A stretch of DNA of 64,000 nucleotides, filler included, from Dirinaria sp. TL-2023a (Eukaryota): assembly GCA_051941275.1 (NCBI GenBank). It is 11 parts of 11 records of this genome, joined end to end, with 100 filler letters (N's around TTAATTAATTAA, not from the genome) between each part and the next. Parts side by side here need not be neighbours in the genome. Positions count along the whole stretch, not along the records: positions 58,392 to 64,000 come from JAVEBF010001623.1; 10 more parts are not named here. One strand, written 5' to 3'. The position numbers and the translations under genes are program-made. Shown here piece after piece: positions 58,905 to 64,000 of the stretch (positions are counted from its first letter, which is position 1; each line of letters starts with the position of its first letter). A model generated the notes under the pieces. It was not told the DNA's origin. It worked only from the letters and a program-made list of their open reading frames with translations, and searched no databases.

Positions 58905-61900
58905 TCAACCAATTGTCTGCTCTGGTACAACAGGAGCGTTCGCCTTCTCCGATTGCTCAACTACCTGTGACTTGAAAGGCTTTTCGGGATCTGTGCCGAA
59001 GTTCGTTACAAACTCGATCTTGTCGCTGAGTCCCACAACAGGAAAGAGGCGCCCTCGCACTCCTTCAAACGTCGGTCCTTCTGTGCGTGACACATTAGCT
59101 ACTCAAATACTCACCAATTATGTGCAACATTAGCGACAATGGACTGAGAATCTAGCTTACCAACTTGTTTTCCATTCTTCACATAGTATATCTTACCCTC
59201 ACCGAAATCGACACCACAGCCAATTGTATCTCCCGGACCGAATGGTTTCGCCTGATTATTGATAGGCGTCGTCACTTTGTTACGCGGAGTGTAGAAACAT
59301 CCATCATCTCCGTGATAGGCCCAGGAAAGCGCGTTTGGAGCATTGTTGCTCGCCCAGCCTGGAAATTGCAAATATTTTGCTTCTACCGTGGAGAACCCAA
59401 TGGCGATTTCGGGATGGAGCTGCTGGTTTGCAGACTGTGGCGTTTCAGGAGGCGGCGTTGCAAGCTGCTCATTTGAGCGTCCTTCCGTGTCGTCGCCGTC
59501 TAAGCCTGTGGCATCCGGATGCAGAATCTCGACTTCATAATAGAACTTGCTCAAGCCTGCTGGTACAGGGTGATTGGCTAGTAAGCATAGCCTCCTGTCT
59601 CCCGGGTGCACCACGCGCCGACCCTCATCTTGCAATGACGTAAAATCATCACCGTAGGTATATGTCCAACTGGAAGGTTTAAAACCGATATGTGCTGCTC
59701 TGCTGCTAAGAAATTCCACGACTTCATCACGTCCAAATTGACGCGCTAATAGCAACGGCGTCCATCCATACTGATCCGGCTCATTGAAATCTGCTTTGAC
59801 ATTCAAAAGCTTTTCGAGTATGGACACGCTGCCGTACATAGCAGCTGTTGCCAGGAGAGACCGGTTGACCGCGGCTTCTGCAGGTACAGCGTCGATGAGC
59901 TCGGATATTGTGTCCTCATAGTCTTTCGACCCAAGTAAGTCCCATCGTTCGTGGCAAAGTTCAAGAGCAGTTTTGCCATTACCGTCGATACCGTCACGTT
60001 GGGTTGCATCGGCACCGTGTTTAATCAGAGAAGCAATAACGTTGGGATGACCACGCAGAGCAGCACAATGAAGGGGGGAGCGGCCTTTTGAAGTGTCCCT
60101 TTGGTTGGCATAGCTCTTATCGCTTGGATCGATCATGTCCAGTATGAGGTCTACCACCTTAGTAAAGCCGTGCGCTGCAGCCTCCCTCAGTGGAGTCCTG
60201 CCTTGTTTGGTTCTCGAATTGATGTCATTTAGCTTGTAACCCTTACTGACTAGCTCTTCAAGGAGTAGCTCAGCTACCAACCCACAACTCGGTAAACGAG
60301 TCTTAGATCCCCAACACGCGAAAAAAAGAGGTGTTCGTTCGTGGTTGTCTTTTCTGTTGATATCGGCTCCCTGCTGTAGAAGTAATTGTACGGTCTCCTT
60401 GTGGCCTGCCCATGCGGCGGCATGCAAAGCCGTTCTACCGTAGTTGTTTGTGTCATCTATATCTTTCACTTGATCAATGATTAACTTTATAGCATCAGTC
60501 TCTCCATACATTGCTGCCTCATACAGTGGCTGTTCTGAGGCTTTATCTTCTTTATTGACATCTGCGCCTCGAGCGATGAATGCCTTAAGCAGATCCAGTG
60601 GAACGTTCGTGCGAGACAGTAGCTTGTGTAACGGAGACTCTCTATCTCCTGCTTCGCAATTGATGTCGGCACAATTGTTTTGGTCTATGGGGTTATCTAG
60701 CAAAAGGTCCAATATCTTAGGATCTGAACCGTAATAGGCGAAATAGTGCATCACGTTCTCCTGGTATTGATTTATAAGCGAGCAAGATGCCCCATGCTTC
60801 AGAAGTTCAGAGACACAATGGTAGTCTGCTCCATAGCACAACCAATCGTGGAAAACAGGCAAAATGCCAGCCTGTTTCGGCTCGTAATTAGGGTCGCCGC
60901 CTCTGTCTAAGAATAATCGCAGAATGTCTAGCGGATCAGACGCCTCTGAAGCGACATGTAGCGAGGTATACCCGCCTGGTGCGAGTTCCATAATATCAGC
61001 GCCACCATCCAGTAAGAGCTCTGCAAGGCTGACAAGTCCATAACATGCCGCGAAATGAAGAGGCTTCCAGACTTCTCGATACGAGGGGACGTAGGCTTGC
61101 TTCCAGCCTTCGAAAGCTCGGGTATCGCTGACACAGAAGCGATCTAGTTCCGAGAGGAGCGTTTGCCACTTTGGATTGTCCTTCCTTTCTTCGACAGTCC
61201 ACAAGATTTCAGCTTGTCTTACATGATGATACCAACGCGCAATCTCGTATCGGGACCAGTCGTCTTGATCGGCAGTGTCATAATCCTCGGAGTCTTGATC
61301 AGGATTGTCTTCTTGATCATCTGCGTCTTCAGAGTCTTGAGAGATCACATCGTCATCGTCCGCCTTAGCTTCTTCGGCTACTGGGGATGACTCGTCATTG
61401 AGAGCATTAGTTGTCACGTCGGTCACTGTGCCATCGCCAGGGTCAATCTCTCTTGGGTTTGCAGGCTCCGTTGGTGCTTCTCCCTGTCCAATGTTTTCGG
61501 AGACATTGTCGTCTTGACTATTAGTATCAGTAGCTTTTTGAGTGCTCGGACTTGCATCCTGATCACTCGAGATTTCAGGTCCATGGCCAGCGGAAGGGGA
61601 TAGAGAGAGGAATCTTTGCTGAAATAATTTAGAGTTCAAGTGTCTCACTACAACTGTCAATTCTATTTTTGGGACCCAGGAGGAGAATGCACTCACAACA
61701 AGTAATGGCAATATCTAGTTCTGCGTGCTTACGAGAGAGCGTTAAAGCCCGAGACGACTGCATTGAAGTCTTGCACCTTGAACAGATCTGTTGTTCCTGT
61801 GCGCAATCATGAAATGTGTCATTTTTGGACTCAAAGCAAAATCTTTCAATCCCATAGAAGTCTTGAAGCGTCACGGCAAGGTACACGCCGTTATCTGTGA

Positions 61901-63935
61901 CCTCTAAGAAAGGGCCACCGGCCTCTCTAAGTTGTGCAGCCTGAATTTTAATATCATCCGCATTCCGATACGAATCGTCCGTAGTTTCGGACGCGAGATA
62001 AATACCAGAGTAAATTTCCATGATCTCTCGAACAGAAATAGCACCAGCAGCACACAATGTCCACGTCACAGCTACTCTGAGCAGGTCGAGGTAATTTGGA
62101 GCCAGTTGACGCAGGTGCTGGCTGTAGGTCTCGTTCATGTTGTCAGGAAGGTCTTTGAGGCGATTCGTAATGGGCCGTTGAAATGGTTGATTCAGGAATG
62201 GTAACGCAAGCTGGACGACGTAATGTGCGCTGGATGCACTTTTCTCAATCAAACTCCGCGCCGCTTCCTCCTTTTCAGACTGCGACCAGCCGGGCATTTT
62301 GTCTAGCCCACCCTTGACGATGCGTTCAATGTCAGGGCCATTGTTCATGCCAATCGAGATATCTGGAACCGATTTGGCATTCAGCGATCTGTAAATCTCA
62401 CTCGTGCTTTGGCAAAGCAACAGCAAGTGCACAGTGATTTCTTCTCGCCCACAAAGGTCCAAAAGATCAGACGCCAACTCAGACTGTTCGGCTTTAGGGA
62501 CCTTGTCGATTGCATCAATGACGAGATAAACAGTCTTGTTGAGGACCGTGGCAAGCCCCACAATCCCATCTGCAAAGTCTATCACCATATCATCTTTTCG
62601 TGAGCGAGAATCCCTTTCAAAACGTCTGCCAGAGCTATTGAAAGCATTCTCTGATTTCCCTCGTTTTGGATTCTTGAAGACCTCGTTGCACCTTTGCAGT
62701 AACACTGAATCAACCTCACTGCGTGCAGCAAGCTCGTATAGTTGATAGACGAGAGTATTTTCCAGGCGAGTACTGCCTTGCCCAGCGTCAGAGTCGCCCC
62801 TAGCCTTATTATCACAGAAGAGGTACTGCACAATTATATCGGGATTCTCGGCTTGCTGTGACTTCAGAGCTTTTATTATAGAGGCTGCTAAAGTCGACTT
62901 CCCTACACCATCCTTGCCTTGGATGCAAAGCAGGCTACTTTTCGGCGAATCGCGCCAATCGATGTATTCCGAAAGACCAAAGATCCATTCACAGGTGTCG
63001 GCTTCGCGGTTCGAATATATATCCAAAGCCTGCTGTAAGTCTGACCAAGGATTCAAGATCTTCTTGTTCTTATCGAAATCCTGCAGAGCAAGCTCATGAT
63101 GGCTTGGCACCTTGGTGCGCGCCACGTTCTTAATCTCATCAAGTAGTTCCTGCGTTGCTTGTGACGACTGAACAGACGATTTGACGGCATCCGCGAGAAC
63201 AGACAGAGTTCCTTGGACGTTGGACAGCTCACTCGACACACCTCCGAGCTTCTCGAAGGTTTTCTCCTGAAATGCTCCCTGAGAAGACTCCAAAATTTTC
63301 ACCTTCAGGGTCTTAATGGTACCCATTTTCCCATCGAACTCCGGTAAATTTGCTCCGAAAGCATCTTTTATAGCGTGTGTGATCTTGGCCAGCTTACCGC
63401 CTTTGATGTGCCTCTTAACAGAGTATGAAAAGTCGAGTATGGCTGCATAAATATTTCGAATCTGGTTGAATAATTCGCCCACGATATCACTTGCTGTCCA
63501 GTTGGCGGTCTTGCGGTCATCGTACAGCTTGTCGTAGGTTCGAATAAGTACCATCATTTCAGTAATGTCACTCAGAGCCACACCAAAGAAATCATATAGC
63601 TTAAAGTCGTTCTGTACAGCGTTGAGCACTTGCTTGATGGCAAACCAAGCCAGTCCAACGGTCTCTGGTGCCCCTTTCATCGCGTAATCGCCAATCTTAA
63701 CGAATTTGTCTATGTTGCCCATAATCTGTGCGATCCATTTCTTCGGTATAGTCTTACCGGCCACCTCTACCTGGCCGTACTTTCTGTCGCTCTCAGTCTG
63801 CAAAGCCAACGCACTACGCTTGGCATCTTCTGAAGATGCTTTGTCCTGCAGAAATTGATCGATGGTCTGCCTGTCAACATTCTGAGCTTGAAGCTGCCGG
63901 ACAAATTGTCCACGAGCTTCTTCCCAAAGACTCAT
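58905..63935 (-). CDS. Fungal NLR-like STAND protein: helical N-terminal domain, NACHT, ankyrin repeats, C-terminal SPRY/B30.2; exons 63935-61697, 61647-59161, 59080-58905
   Basis: Walker A GKDGVGKS, Walker B YLVIDAIDK; ankyrins GRTALHAAA, GRTPLREAA, GRSPLHCAA, GWTPLLLA; SPRY motifs FYYEVEI, AYHGDDG, GDTIGCGVD, LFPVVG; two introns restore the frame. Confidence 0.92.
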
Positions 63936-64000
63936 CTTTGACGACCAAACGACGTGATGAATGGTGATTATCAATGAGACCCCAGGCTAAACTATGAGAC

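Noticed and set aside
15157..63935. A gene cluster joining bZIP, MFS, ADH, monooxygenase, F-box and NLR
   Set aside because: The genes lie on separate contigs ordered by size; only MFS and ADH are truly adjacent.

Overview
This is eukaryotic DNA from a filamentous ascomycete (Pezizomycotina). It has short GT-AG introns with CTRAY branch points; a lichen-forming lineage is plausible but cannot be proven here. The window is not one locus. It is 11 unrelated contigs of about 5.73-5.75 kb, sorted by decreasing length and joined by an artificial 100-nt linker (N44-TTAATTAATTAA-N44), so gene neighbourhoods only count within a contig. Recognisable genes: a synaptojanin-type Sac1/inositol 5-phosphatase, a bZIP factor, an MFS transporter, a Zn alcohol dehydrogenase (with a GC-AG intron), an FAD monooxygenase, a truncated PhiA-like secreted protein, an F-box-like protein and a NACHT-ankyrin-SPRY NLR-like gene. 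Best leads: (1) a head-to-head pair of uncharacterised genes sharing a 'KLP...R..RD.WE...DLLG' domain, visible only after splicing a micro-exon; (2) a gene-dense, intron-poor contig with a GIY-YIG-like gene; (3) two paralogous decayed TPR-like genes on different contigs; (4) a RIP-like mutation signature biased to CpC->TpC rather than canonical CpA->TpA; (5) a 58-aa secreted two-cysteine peptide precursor missed by the ORF track. All family assignments are from motif recognition by eye; no searches were run.
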